This document shows positions 11,721 through 24,510 of a stretch of 64,000 nt of DNA, one piece after another. The stretch spans positions 53,111-117,110 of the forward strand of contig NW_027192213.1 in NCBI RefSeq assembly GCF_041956535.1, given 5' to 3'. Below the pieces are notes generated by a model. It saw only the letters and a list, made by a program, of their open reading frames with translations. It ran no database searches and was not told the DNA's origin. The DNA is from Calcarisporiella thermophila CBS 279.70. Lineage: Eukaryota; Fungi; Calcarisporiellomycota. How positions within the stretch are numbered: the first letter of the stretch is position 1; the number at the start of each line of letters is the position of its first letter. The position numbers were made by a program, and so were the translations under genes.

Positions 11721-14700
11721 TTAGTCTGCATACGACTGCACAACCCGAATCAAGAGCTGCAGATCCCGCACATGGGCTGTCTCGCCCTGCTCTGTGGCCA
11801 TCACGGCGTAGTATCGGGACTTGAGGCGCTGAGCCATCTCAGGAGCCAAACGTCTGACGTGGTCCTGGATCACAGGATCTTTGGGATTGAGGTGGTAGAG
11901 AATCTCGCCCACCCAGGAAATGCGCTCTGAAGACGCCAGGTCCTGCGTCAGTTCGTAGAGCAGGGACAGAAGCACCGGCTGACTGACACCTGGCCCGGCA
12001 GGCGGAAATACGGATTTTGGATGAAGTCTGGAGCACATTCGAGTGAGCAGCAGTCCGCGGATAGAGTCATCCGCTGTGAGAATTTTAGTAAAGGCTTCCT
12101 CGAAGTCACCTGCCATCACGCTCTGGTCAACACTTAGTTTGATTTCCATGTGTGCGGGCGACATGGATGTAATCGAGGGCTTGCGCTCGACACTGCTTCT
12201 TAAATACTCCTCATGATGTGCTGGCTGCGAGGGAGGGGGATGCGGATGCTGCGGGTGCTGTGGATGCTGTGGATGCTGCGGGAGTTGCGGGTGCTGTATA
12301 TGGTTACGCTTAAGATATCCACTTCCATCCCCTGGGACAGCGCCCGAAACCGTCAATTGCCGCACCATCTCAGAAAGACTCTCCACGGTTGTGTGTAAAC
12401 GTGCCAATTGTTCTTTAAGCCCTGCCTCGCGTTCGCGTGCTTCTTGACTCAACTTTGCTTCCAACCCGCGTAAATACTCTTCCTGTGCCACACTTAAATG
12501 ATGCTGGACGGTCGACATATTTTTGCGCACAGTTTCAGAAACAAGTTCGTCGAGTTGTGATTGCAGGTTCTTGGTGAGACTATCTGCTATATTGCTGGCA
12601 AGCGTTGGCTTCGCCAGGAGTTGTTGCATGTGACTGGTGAGCACAGTTCGGATGGTTGTGGGCACGGTCTAACCCAAGAAAAAAAGTTAGAAAAAGCTCG
12701 AATTCACATTGCTTTGCCGAGTACCTTATTGATGGAATCGGCAGCAGCCTTTGTCACTTGCTCTTCCATTGCGCTTGCCACTGCTCTTATTACAGCGGGC
12801 ATCACGGTTTTTTGGACTTCGCGACGCACGCTTTGCTCCATAAGCTTTCCTGTGTTGTTAGTAAGGGTTTGAGATACAACTTTTAGAAGGGCCTCCTGGT
12901 GTGTTGTTTCGGCAGTACGGTGTGCAATACGATCTTGTTCGAGCCGCTGTGCGTGCTTTTCCATCTCACGCCCAATCTCCTTCCCAATAACTTTGGTGAC
13001 ACGCTCTAATATTCTCTGTTCCAACCGCGTCATTTGCCCTTGGATCGATTCTCCACTCTTTGCATGTGTCGCTTTCTCTTTCTCGCTTTCTACCACACTC
13101 TCGGTTTTAGGCAAAAGGCTACTCTCACCACCAGTGGACACTGCCACAGACAAGGGGGAGCTATCCGCGAAAGTCTGCTGCGGTGGGGGGGTGCCGTATT
13201 CCGCATCCGCCCTCTGGAGCTGCGACAAATCTGGATGTTTTGGAATGGAGAGCGTTGCGGTCAAAGAGGGTGAGAGTGACACGCGCTTATGGTTAGTAGT
13301 TTGAGCAGGCTGTTTCGCTTTAAGAGACGAATTAGCAATTTCAGTGGTATCGGCACGCTCTACGATATTTGCTTGAATATCCCGCATTTTCTCATCCAAA
13401 GGAACTGTGTCCGATGCATCACGTCTTTTAGTCTTCATGCTCTTAATTGCGCTGTTTACCGCAGGACCTGAGAGCTTAATTCCACTGCCATTGCTGGTTG
13501 GCTCCAGAGTAGATGTTGCTACAGCGGTAGATTGTTCCACGACACTCCCGTCTCCCAGAGCAATGGCCTCCGTTTCAACCGTTGCAGTTAATATGTTCTT
13601 TTCTGAGGGAAGCTCCTCTTGCTCAGCTAACGCAAGTATCGTATCCTCATCGCTGGATGCTAGTGCTTCAGCGCTGAAGTGATACTGGCTCACTTCTTTA
13701 GTGTGAGCGGCGCAAACCGCAAATCCGTTGCTTGGCTCATCTCGAACAACAGCAAAGCTAATAATTGGCTGCCTTACTGGCCATTCCGCCAACCGCTTGA
13801 ACTTTCCACCCTCAATATTCAAGGCCATAATGGACAAACGTGCATTATTAGCGACAACAAGCTGGTGGGTTGTAGATTCGTATGTCAACTGATTATAGGA
13901 ATCGCCTTGTTTGCGGAATGTGAGCGTGTGAGTAAGGTGTGCAGTATTTTCCTGCGTAATCTTATATATTTGAAGATTGGTATTTCGCTCATGGCCAGTA
14001 ATGAGATGATTGTCGGTGGTAAATTGTACAAAATCAACAGGCTTGCTTGAATTTGTGACACTGAATGAAAAGAGACATGCGCGTGAGGACACAGACCATA
14101 TCTTGATAAGCCCGGATTCGTCACCAGAAGCGAGCATTTCTCCGTCGGGTGAAAAGCATAAATAAGTAATGGGCTAAATATATACAGTTAGAAAAAGAGA
14201 GGGAAAAAAAGCAAGACAGGTCAAGTGACTACTTACATTTTCATGTCCAACTAACTCCTCTGCTCTCTCTCGCCATTGCTCATCTTTCATTCTCATGTCT
14301 TTTTCCTCTCCTTTCAACATTTTTGCAAGCTCCATCAGCACAATCGCGCCTTCTTTTGTGGCAACTGCAATTAAATTTGCATTTGTAGGGTGCCAGATAG
14401 CTCGTTGGAAGCTTGAGTTCTTGTTGTTAAGTGGGGCTTCCACTTCCAAAATCAAATCGTAGGTGAATCCTTCAGGCTCCGAATTGCTTTCTCTAATTTT
14501 CCAGACGATCAGCTTGCAATCCTGACTAATGCTTGCCAGGTGCGGTAATCCAGTTGGGCTCAGTGTCATGTCAATAACACGTTGTACATGGCCGCGAAGC
14601 AGTTTGTTGGACCCTTTGATTTGGTGGATTACTCGAATATTCCCGCCTAAATAATGTTGTGAAAAGTAAGCCTCAGCTATCTGAGCGAAAGAGAAAGGAG

Positions 14701-16029
14701 TAAAGAATTTACCTCGAACTGCGTAGCAAATATAATCGTTGTTTGCATCTACAATTTTTCCGCGCAAGAACCCAGCTTCATTTGGAATCCGCGCAACCGC
14801 CGTCACACGCAGATCTTTGCTTGAGATACCACCTTCATTGCCCGCCTGGCAATCGTAGGCGATGCTCTCATTAGGCAAACGATAGCCGTTGGCCCCACTA
14901 AATTGAAAATAAAGTCCAAGGTTATAGATTGATCGTTACACGCACTAAACCGCAACTCAAACCTATTCAATCTCGCTGCACGAACGTTCCATGCAGAGTG
15001 TGTTGGTAATGATGAATCCACACTATGTACTGGAGTTTTTGGCTCAGAAATAGAAGTGCGTTGTCGAGGTGTCTGCGATTGTGTGGGTTGAGCTTGCTGA
15101 ACAGCAGGAGGGGTAGAGGGCTTTTCCTCAACAGAAATTTCTGTAGACTCCTGCTGTAACAAGAGAAAAGGATTTCTGTAGGTAAATTTGGAATCATTAG
15201 CACTGATAGGTGAAATAGCTCGAGCAGGCGATCCTTGTACTCCGTCGGCGAGAGCATGGTAGTCGAGGACCTCGGAAGCTAATTCCTTAGACTCTTGCGA
15301 AGCAGGTAAGCGCTCTTGGCTTGGCCCTAGAGGTTGCTGATTGTCAGCTTGGATTTTCTCCAAAGAGGTACTATAATTATCAGAATAATACAATCGTTGA
15401 TAATGTAACCAAGTAAATACATTAAAATTCAAAGCATGAACTTACGATGGGCTCGGCTTGCCTAACCCGAATAGCATCTTCTTCAGCATATCAGTCGCAT
15501 TCGATTCCTCTCCTGCTTTTTCCTGGGCAGAGACAGCTGTAGCGCTCGTGAGAGGTTCAGGCGACGCCGTAGCAGGATTCGGAATTTCACCCGGAGCAGG
15601 GGCAGGGGCAGGGGCATTCAAGCTCTGCAATAGTAGTGCAATCGAGTTGGGCGATTGCTGTATATGCGGCGGAGGAGGCTGCGGAAAATTAGGGGGTCTT
15701 AACGGCATTTGCATTTGCGGAATTAGAGAAGCGAAAGGTGGTGGAGGAGGCTGATTTGGAGGTGGATGGGAACCAAACATTGCATTAAAACCAGGCATAC
15801 CCGGCGGCGACTGCTGTGTGAATGGCGGAGGAGGTGGAGGAGCAGGACGCATAAAGGGAGGTGATTGCACGGGAAGAACAGGATTAGGGGGTGCAGAGGG
15901 TGTGGTCTGAGGAGGCGGTGCTCCTTGATCACGATCGCCACCTCCACTATCTCCTGCTGGATTTCCACTGTGCAGGAGACTTAATAGACTGCGTGATGCT
16001 CCCTCATTGAGCGTCTGTGGGTTATCCAT
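11721..16029 (-). CDS. EDC4: Enhancer of mRNA decapping 4 (EDC4/Ge-1/Pdc1-like)
   Basis: Pro-rich N-terminus; WD40 propeller ('YICYAVR..GNIRVIHQ..LLRGH', 'MLASGDESGLIKIW'); coiled coil; Ge-1 C-terminal motif 'FEEAFTKIL...VSQPVLLSLLYELTQDL...W'. Confidence 0.85.
12236..12296 (-). repeat. 9-nt tandem repeat encoding (PQH)n in EDC4
   Basis: ggatgctgc/ggatgctgt units on the + strand; protein PQHPQHPQHPHPPP. Confidence 0.8.
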
Positions 16030-16399
16030 ATTTCTTTTACTCAGCTTAGATTAATCCACTTACTTCTCCACTTTTTTAAAATTGATCCAAAACCAAGACT
16101 TGAATCAATCCTATGTACTCCTCGCGCACCTCCTTTTCTTCTCGATTTTGATTGACGCGTACTAGATTTTAGGTTAGGTTAGAATCTGGTAAATATATGC
16201 TAAGTATGGAGATGAATTACCCTCACTACTATTAAAAGCAAAATAATTATCGGACAGTATTCCAAGCTATTGTGGTCAAAACCACTTGTGTATCCATGTA
16301 TAGGGAAGTTAGATCAGTACATTAAAGTTATAATTAAAATTGATAATAGTCTAAAAAAATATACAACAAAAATAAAAAAATAGAAACAATGCAAAGTGC

Positions 16400-17578
16400 T
16401 TAAAATTTCAGCTGCTTTGATCCAAATGTTACTGGTGGTCTTCCATACAATGCGGTCGCCAGCATAACGATCGCAGCGCCAACACAGAACTGAAAAGACA
16501 AGTGGAAATTAAAGAGATAGCAGCTGATCACACTGGATAAAATGATTGAGAGCGAGGTGGCGAAGCCTTTCAAAATGTTGTCAGCATATTTTACGACAAT
16601 GGCAACAAGTAATCCCCCGAGTGCTTGATTGAGAACGACAAAATACGTGAGCGTATTGTAGCCTTGTAACAAACCACTCGCACTGATTGCGTGCCAGTCA
16701 TTAATAACCATAGCCAAAACTGAGAAAATTAGCGATGAAAATCCCAGCTGAATATTGCGAACCCAGATGCTTGTTTCGTTCGATTTGAGAATCTTTTCAA
16801 AGTAACATCCAGCGAATCCGGATGAAATGCATGCTGCCATCACTGCTAATAATCCGCGCAGAGGATTTTGAGCGGCAAGGAGGACCTTGCCTGCCTCCAT
16901 CACCTGAGGCTCTTCGTTTTCGCTGGAAGGTTTTGAGGTCACTGATTGTAGCTGCACGAGAGTAACTCCAATCATCAGTAAAACGAGTGCAAACCATCTT
17001 GGAGCGGTGATTGTACGCCTTAGAATGATTACAGAGAACACAGCAGTTGAAAGAATTTTCATCTGATAGGTCACTTGGAATGAAGCGGCTTCTAAATTAG
17101 AAATTGCGACATAAAGAAGATTGTTCTGTAGTGCATATAAGCAAGCAGGAAAGAACATTTTAACGGTATCGCCGGTTATAAGCTCAGTGCGAAGAATCTG
17201 GAAGACATGCCTTAAGGACCGCTTTTCAAGGAACCAGAGTGCACCGAAACAAACCGCAATTTTGATCACCTCTGCAAGAAAAACAGCCGTAGAGGCGAGA
17301 TAAAGAGGCTGGTTTGGGAGCTGTACTATACGGGAATAGCTCATCATAAGGACGAGCGAGGTATTTTGAAGGATGAGTATAACTAGGCTAATATGGCGCG
17401 GGGATAGGTATGATGCTATAAAAATGAATACAACATTATATTGTATAATGCCAAATATAAAGTGGGGATTAATAGATAACTTACGTATTGCTGTGGACTT
17501 GACATTTGCGATTGGAAGAAGCATCTCTTGCTTCTCATCTAATGACGGTGGCCATCTCCCACCTATATAACTTGACAT
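16400..17578 (-). CDS. Nucleotide-sugar transporter, SLC35A/UDP-galactose transporter (Gms1-like)
   Basis: 'LYALQNNLLY', 'FQVTYQMKILSTA', 'SGFAGCYFEKILK', 'VKYADNILKGFATS'; one in-frame 69-nt intron at 17416-17484. Confidence 0.93.
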   Translation of the reverse strand: MSSYIGGRWPPSLDEKQEMLLPIANVKSTAIRKLSINPHFIFGIIQYNVVFIFIASYLSPRHISLVILILQNTSLVLMMSYSRIVQLPNQPLYLASTAVFLAEVIKIAVCFGALWFLEKRSLRHVFQILRTELITGDTVKMFFPACLYALQNNLLYVAISNLEAASFQVTYQMKILSTAVFSVIILRRTITAPRWFALVLLMIGVTLVQLQSVTSKPSSENEEPQVMEAGKVLLAAQNPLRGLLAVMAACISSGFAGCYFEKILKSNETSIWVRNIQLGFSSLIFSVLAMVINDWHAISASGLLQGYNTLTYFVVLNQALGGLLVAIVVKYADNILKGFATSLSIILSSVISCYLFNFHLSFQFCVGAAIVMLATALYGRPPVTFGSKQLKF

Positions 17579-17731
17579 TTGAAACTTTGTTCCTATTTCG
17601 AAAACAATATTTTACAGAGCACTATTTTATCTCGTTAGCCAATGAAATAACAAAGTGGCACAGCTTCATTTCATAAGCCGCTCTCCGTTATTCAATTTCA
17701 GTTCTCAAGACATATAATCTTGAGAAGAGAC

Positions 17732-19091
17732 ATGATGGATCCCACAGAACGCCAAAAATACCTGGAAATATTTCAAGGGCAAAATCCCGTAAACGGCTAT
17801 ATCTCTGGTACTTTCATTTGCTTTGGTTTCTTCTTGTGATGTTGGATTCACATCTTTGATATAGGCAACCAGGCAAGAAGCTTGTTTCTAAACTCGGGGC
17901 TTCAAGTATCTCAACTAGAGAGAATATGGTATGCCATTTAAAATTAAGATGTATTTCATCTAAATATTTTTCTCACGCGTATTTCTTTTATAGGGACTTA
18001 TCCGATATCGATAAAGATGGCCAATTGGATTTTGACGAATTCTGTATTGCTATGCGTCTTGTCTACAATGCACTTAATGGTGTTGAGATACCCGCTGTCC
18101 TTCCGCACAATCTTATTCCGTCTTCGAAAATGTCATTTCTGGGCTATAATACATACTCTCAACAACAACAACCCAAATTGGATTTAAATCCTCCACTGCC
18201 CTCTACCATGTCAACTGGTTATGGGTATGGCGGAGCGCAGCCGGAATTCAATTGGACAATGTCGCCTCAAGATACGTTGACCTATGAGAATATATACCAT
18301 AAATACGCTGGAGGAGCGAATTATATACGATGTACGTTACAGATGGAGCAGATTTTCTCCAATTTTGCTAATTCCTCGTCCCTCATTTAGTTAACCAGCT
18401 GGAAGAATTTTACCGCTCACTTCCGATTCCGCGTCCAGATATTTCTGCAGCTTGGTCATTAGTCGACGTCAACCACACACAGCAGATCTCTAAAGAGCAA
18501 TGTCTTGCCTTTCTCCATCTTCTTAATTCCAGGACACGTGGTCAGCCGCTTCCAACCACCCTTCCGCAATCATTAAGACAGCGTTTTATGGGTCCATACG
18601 CATCGAACCAAAACTCCGAACGCTCCACGCTTACTTCCAGGATGATAGGATCCACAAGCGCGACACCATCTAAAAATGCTGCACTTGCAGATAGCTACAT
18701 TACTAAGTTAGGTGTCGCAGGATCTTCAATCTCTCGAACTGGAACTTCATTTCCTTCACGAAAGTCGGCGTACACAGAAGAGGACGAAGAGAGTTTGCGA
18801 AAAGAGCTAGATGATTTGCGACGGCGGGTACACGAGCTTCAAAGCAGTCATACCTCTTCATCATCCTCCACGCTTAAAGAGGAATTCCGTGCTCTTTATG
18901 ATTATAAATTGAGTCAGCTCGCGCAGTCTGATAGTACTGGTGGGGGAACAGAAAAACTTCGTGACGCAGTCGCACAACTAGAGGAGGCTGCGCAAACTTT
19001 GGAACGGAGAAAAGATGAGTTGGTACGAATATTAGATGAGAGAAGACGCGAATTGGAAAATGTGAAGAGTGAGCTCGCGTTAGTGAAATAA
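17732..19091 (+). CDS. END3: End3-like EH-domain endocytic protein
   Basis: Spliced EH domain 'QLERIW|DLSDIDKDGQLDFDEFCIAMRL', second EH-like domain, C-terminal coiled coil 'LKEEFRALYDYK'. Confidence 0.82.
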
Positions 19092-19379
19092 TCGGATGTT
19101 CTTGGCGCGCGTGAAATTAGATTCATCTTTACTTCGCGAATTTTGAGTATATATTTATTGTTTTTTATTGTCCTGCAAGAATACGATTATTGAACTATCG
19201 AATCGGTGAAATATATCTTTACACGGTAATAAAATCATACATTAGTCATGCTAGAATAAATATACTTAGTCCAAGTGATAAGCAGTACAAGCTTGATTCA
19301 AATGGTTTTTTGGAATGAAACGCTGTAGAGTAAACTTAGCAATGAAGGGTTAAAAAACGTGAGATCATAAATACAATAG

Positions 19380-19530
19380 GCATTAGATAAAGCTTCTATC
19401 TGCTCCAAACGATTTCTCGAGACCTTTCGCAGAACGAATTCTACGATGTCGGGGTAGCTCCCTTACCTCTCAAACGAAAAGATTTGGCTTAGGATTAAAC
19501 TCTACGATTCCAACGGCTCTGTTTGAGACT
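19380..19530 (-). ncRNA. Candidate structured non-coding RNA (class unknown)
   Basis: Minus strand folds into TCTCAAAC/GTTTGAGA stem, TCGTAGAA-UUCG-TTCTGCGA (G-U pair only on the minus strand) and CGA-GAAA-TCG; flanked by GTAAGC/GTAAGG donors and a CTAAG...TACAG acceptor at 19323. Confidence 0.4.
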
Positions 19531-19736
19531 ATTGTTTATATTGCTTACTCTCGTATAAAAATTTCCACTGACGCGCGATTATTTAAAAAGCATAGCATGC
19601 ATCAGTATATTACTGATAGTAAATGCGATTAATTGTGGCGTTATTTTCATAGATAAAACATTTTATTTGTATTATAAAGGGTGAGAGGGAGAGAAAAAAA
19701 GTGAAGGAAAATTTTATATATTTATCAATCCTCTCT

Positions 19737-21012
19737 CTACAGCGCAGAAGCGCCAGTAATGATATCGACAAGCTCGTTGGTAATGTCTGCTTGACGGCGA
19801 CGATTGAAGGTCATGGTAAGTTTATCAATCATTTCACCTAGGAAAATCAAAAGAATATAAAAATCCGTCCCATAACATTATTTTTGAACGATTAAATATT
19901 TACCGGCGTTCTTGGTTGCAGACTCCATGGCATTACGCTTGGAGGCCATCTCAGCTGCGTGGCCCTCGACCATTCCCCAGTAGACAGCATTGGCCATAGT
20001 GAACTCTTGCAAGTTGGAAAGCACATCATCTTCGATTTCATAGGCAGCGAAATTGGCTACACATTGCTCAAGTTAGCATATATGGTGCATCAATAAATTC
20101 AAAGGAATGCTTACGAGAGCTCTTGAAAGTCTCCTCGGAGTACAACGGAATTTCTTGTGCCTCATATGACAATACAGACTTGAACTGATTGTACACAACA
20201 CGAGCAACGTCGAATTCAACGTTTTGCTTTACAATCATATCGGCAACGGCACACGCTTCAGCATATGTCGGGATATCTTTGCCGATCTGGTTGAATGTGA
20301 GGCGAATTTGATTGCGGTTAGTACGCGAGAGCTGAGCCTTAGCCTTGTCACCGAGAATGATGAGTGATGAGGAGGGGTTCTCGTTGGCAAGCTTGCGCGT
20401 GTGCTTCGCAACAGAGGAGTGGATACCGCCACAGAGACCACGGTCCGAAGAGGAAGTGATGTAAATGACGTTGGCGTCATCAACTGGCTTGGTCTCCGCC
20501 GCATCGAAGAGCTCTAAAGATAAAAACACAACAATTAGTCATTAATTGTTGTTTTGATTACAATAAAAAAAGACGGATACCATTGCCGCTCTGTCCAAAG
20601 GCACGTGCACTTTCCATCGAGCGCTGAGCCTTGGCTACCTTGGTGGAGGCAATCATCTTCATCGATTTGGTAATTTTAGCAATGTTCTGCACAGACCGGA
20701 GACGCAATTGAACTAAAGAAAGAAGACACAAATTGTTAGTAAAAGATTGTAATCAGGATTAGGCAGGCTATTTCGCATTAGGATAACTTACTTTCTTTTA
20801 GGGTCGCCATGTTGCGCGTTTGCATGGCCACACTACAAATAAATGAAAAGATCGAAAAGAGCCATTAGAATAGCCATGCGAATTGAAAATAGATCGTCCA
20901 TTATCTAACAATAAATTCGAGAAATAAGTATTATTCTCGGACTTGGAGACACTTACTTGGTTGCAGAGGCGGCATTGCTCACAGGACGAGCGATCGAACG
21001 AACGGCAAACAT
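19737..21012 (-). CDS. ATP3: Mitochondrial F1-ATP synthase gamma subunit
   Basis: '[29 protein letters not shown]', '[12 protein letters not shown]', C-terminal '[22 protein letters not shown]'; presequence [10 protein letters not shown]. Confidence 0.97.
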
Positions 21013-21256
21013 GATGACGTTCTAGAAGACTATCTAAAAGATGCTGAAAATAAGAGTAAAAGTAAAGCACCCGATTTATCTTTTGTTGTCGTTTTGCAGG
21101 GGGGTTAGGGAAGCGGATCCAATTCGGATTTAATTTTGCGGCTTGGATCAATTATATTTGGAAAATATAGTCAATTTTTTTCTTGCGTGTTTATTTAGAA
21201 ATTTTCAATTAAATGTACAGATGAAAATAGAAAATTCTACCATGTAAAAACAAAGC

Positions 21257-23161
21257 CTATCCTGTCTTTTGCCTCTTAGTTGCATGTTCGTCTTCAGGAG
21301 CAGGGATACGAGGACCAATATCGCTCTCCCTAAATAGAGAAAATTTTGCAAAGGTTAGATAAAGTCACCAAAAAAAGGAATACTTAAATCTGCTTACCCT
21401 GTAAGCCCCTTGCTCCGGTGGAGGGCAGAGATTTGGTCCTCCATCGTGACTCCCTGTGTTGCACGCTCCTTCGCCAAATTAATCGTAGCAGTGTGCCCAT
21501 CCCACACCACTTTACTCCTCTCAATCTTCTTCCTTCTCTCTTCTTCTTCACGTAGTTTATGCTGTATGGTTGTGTCGTCTTCGCTGCCAAAAATATCTGC
21601 ACGATAGCTTGACAGTTGTTTGATGTTACGTTCAACCATAGACCCGCTAAGAAGCAAATTAGACTCTTTCTTCTTCGCCTCCGCAGCTTGTTTTTGCTCT
21701 CTCCACTTAGGATCAAGTAGCTCGATACGCATATGCTCTTCAAGCTCCGATGCAGGGAACGCTTCCCCACAGCGAGGACAAATAGACTTTGGCTCATTAA
21801 TCGCTGGTTTTTTGGCTACAAATCAACATAGAAAGTTAAATGAATTTTTTATGGACGATGTAGCAATATGTATTTACCTTTAGGCACATAGTCCTTGCGG
21901 ATTTTGATAGGACCAATCTGTTCAGGCGGTTTAATTTGTACTGCAGGTGTAGGCTTCTTCGCCTCTTCATCCTCTTCTTCATCCTCCTCTTCCATGTCCA
22001 CTTCGTCCTCCTCCATATCCATTTCCTCTTCTACCACTTCTTTACCACGCCCGTCGGCCGGAGCACTAGCTTGCTCTGGGATACTCATGCGGAGCAATGA
22101 CATTTGCTTCTCAGCTAAGGTCATTCTCTCTAGATCCGCTAGTAGCATAGGCACTGGAAGTTCCATATTCTCGTCTGCGTCAGTGAACTCAATAGTTTCC
22201 ACTACGACAAAATCGTGCCAGTCGATTTGTGCAAATGCCTCTGATAATGCACAAAAATAAATCAATTAGATCTATATGAAAATTTAGATAAAAGTATTTG
22301 TACTCACGTCTTTCTGCGTCCTCAATTTCTTCCTGCTTCTTCTTTTCCTCCCGCTGCCATGCAGCGTATTCAACTCGTTCTAATACCCGCTCATATATTT
22401 TATGCTTGTCGTCGGCCAAAGTTTTGCACTTATCGAATATACCCTTCGGTGGCATGAGTACATTCCTGTACTGGCCAACCAGTTTATTAAAATATGGGAA
22501 CAGGCTGTGACTTGGACGCATGAAATCAAACTGGTAATTGCGCGACTCACGACGAGAGAGCGCATTCATGAACTGCGTGCCATTGCGTGCAACAAATTGA
22601 GCAGTTAATTTAATGATATCACTAATCGAGATTATACATGTTAGTTCAAGGTAATTTAATTTTAAGTTGTTACAACTTACAGATCTTGGGCAGATAGATT
22701 TGGCATTTCCACCATAAATTCAAAAGCTGGTGGCTCCTTAGGAGGCTTCTTCTCCTCAACAACCAGTTCTCCGTCAACATCTTTTTCATCCACAGCCTTC
22801 GTGATGTCTAAACAGGATGAAAATCATCAGCACCGGATCCATTCATAAATAAGAAACTACAATACTCACTTTTTCCTTCTCGTGCCTCTTGGATTCGATA
22901 CTGGAAATAGGCATGGTAAGGATCATTCTCATTTAAAAAAGAGAATTTGGGATTACCACGTTCATTCTCCCGCACATGATCCTCAAACTGAGCTCCAAAT
23001 CGTGCAACAAAACTAGCTGTTTTATCAACTACATTTTTAATTTCGGGTGGAGGATAAATGATTCCCTTTGGTTTAGTTGCAGGTTTCTGCTGCTGATCAA
23101 CAGCAGATGTGCCGTTGGGGATATCACTCGGAAGAGAATGATCGAGAAGGATACCCGTCAT
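21257..23161 (-). CDS. PRP21: Splicing factor 3a subunit 1 (Prp21/SF3A1)
   Basis: SURP domains 'IYPPPEIKNVVDKTASFVAR..FSFLNENDPYHAYF' and 'NYQFDFMRPSHSLFPYF'; 'AQIDWHDFVVVETIEF'; 'HMRIELLDPKWREQK'. Confidence 0.96.
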
Positions 23162-24066
23162 TGTACTTTTTTTGATTTAAATCAGAAGAAGAGAAATTGT
23201 ATCCTTGGTTTTATTTCTCTCTGGTAGCGCAGCAGAATTGGTCTAATAGTTTTAAAAAATAGCTTCTATACTGCCAATATATTGAAATTCAATATGCCGC
23301 TGCAAAAACTTACAATATTAGACAGCCAGAAGAATATAGAACTAACAAACTTTTGAAAGCATTAGGTTGTGTTGATATTATACACTTCTTATAGTCTGCT
23401 TTTTGCTACTGCGAGATTACGAGTTGTTGTTTCCATGGAAATATTGCTTTCTGATGATCAACCTAAATGATATTCTCAACCAAGAAATATGAGTTATACG
23501 TGTAAGCCCCAGGGAAACATAAGACATATACGGCAATCGTTTATTAATATAGTATGCCCTTTCCTATACCAAATTTATAAAAGTTTCATCACGAAGGGCA
23601 GAGAAGCGTTCACCAACTTAGTTTGCTGTTTTGGAATGAAAGGAATTCCTTTTTGTTCCGACTTTTTGTGTACCTGCTCTTATAATAGATATATATATCG
23701 GTAATTTTCATCGAGTGCTATACCTTGCAAACGTGCAAATATCTTCTAACATATAGATGTATTCTTTTTTAATGGTATCTTTGCAATATTATATTACGGT
23801 AAATTTTGAATAGATCCAGGAGTTCGCAATAATTCATATTACTTTTGAGAGCAGCAAAGTTAGTATTTTGAAGTTGTTTTCTTTATATTTTTTTCTTGAT
23901 TGCTCTGCCATTATTCTCTACCAATGTTTTCAGTGAAGGATTGAAGTCATTATGAGCAGAATAATAAATATATCCTATGCATAGTTTATGATTACATTGT
24001 CCTCTTCGGAATAGAGATATATAAGAAGACTGAAAAGGAAAACCTATATTAGAAATATAACAATAT

Positions 24067-24354
24067 CTAAAAATCAGTTACTTTTCCGCTAAAACTCCAA
24101 TCGCCATGCTTTAGCGGTTCTTGCTTGGGACCACCGATTTCCCCTGTGGCTGGATTGCGATCCCCCTCGAATTCTTCCGGGAGAGCTTCCTTTGCATCTG
24201 GATGCTTTCCCTCTGAGTCTGTTTGATTCATGTTTTGACGAACTAGCTCCTCAAACTCTCGCTGGGCCTCTTTATCACCAATTGGGATGGGCATTGGACG
24301 ACTTAGCGTACTTGAGAAGCGGATTGAATAACGCGAGAGCATGCGAAGGCTCAT
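24067..24354 (-). CDS. SDH8: Succinate dehydrogenase assembly factor 4 (Sdh8/SDHAF4)
   Basis: 'NPATGEIGGPKQEPLKHGDWSFSGKVTDF' signature; mitochondrial presequence; single exon. Confidence 0.95.
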   Translation of the reverse strand: MSLRMLSRYSIRFSSTLSRPMPIPIGDKEAQREFEELVRQNMNQTDSEGKHPDAKEALPEEFEGDRNPATGEIGGPKQEPLKHGDWSFSGKVTDF

Positions 24355-24510
24355 GGTTTTAAATTTTCTTATTTTTCGGCAAGGATCTTTTAGTCAAAGA
24401 ATAGAATATTTCAACTGGAAATGGGTCGATTTTAAGTAAAATTCAAGCAATCTTAAGGACAACAGATAAACACGAAATAAAATGGATATATACATAGATA
24501 TCAAACAACA

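Noticed and set aside
19265-19430. Possible RNase P P4 pairing (GGUCUCGAG / CUUGGACU)
   Set aside because: The intervening sequence is AT-rich and intron-like, and other conserved regions are not evident
23230-24060. AT-rich 0.8-kb spacer with short ORFs and a GGGGCTTAC motif (RNase MRP-like) on the minus strand
   Set aside because: No matching GAAAGUCCCC partner and no coherent exon chain
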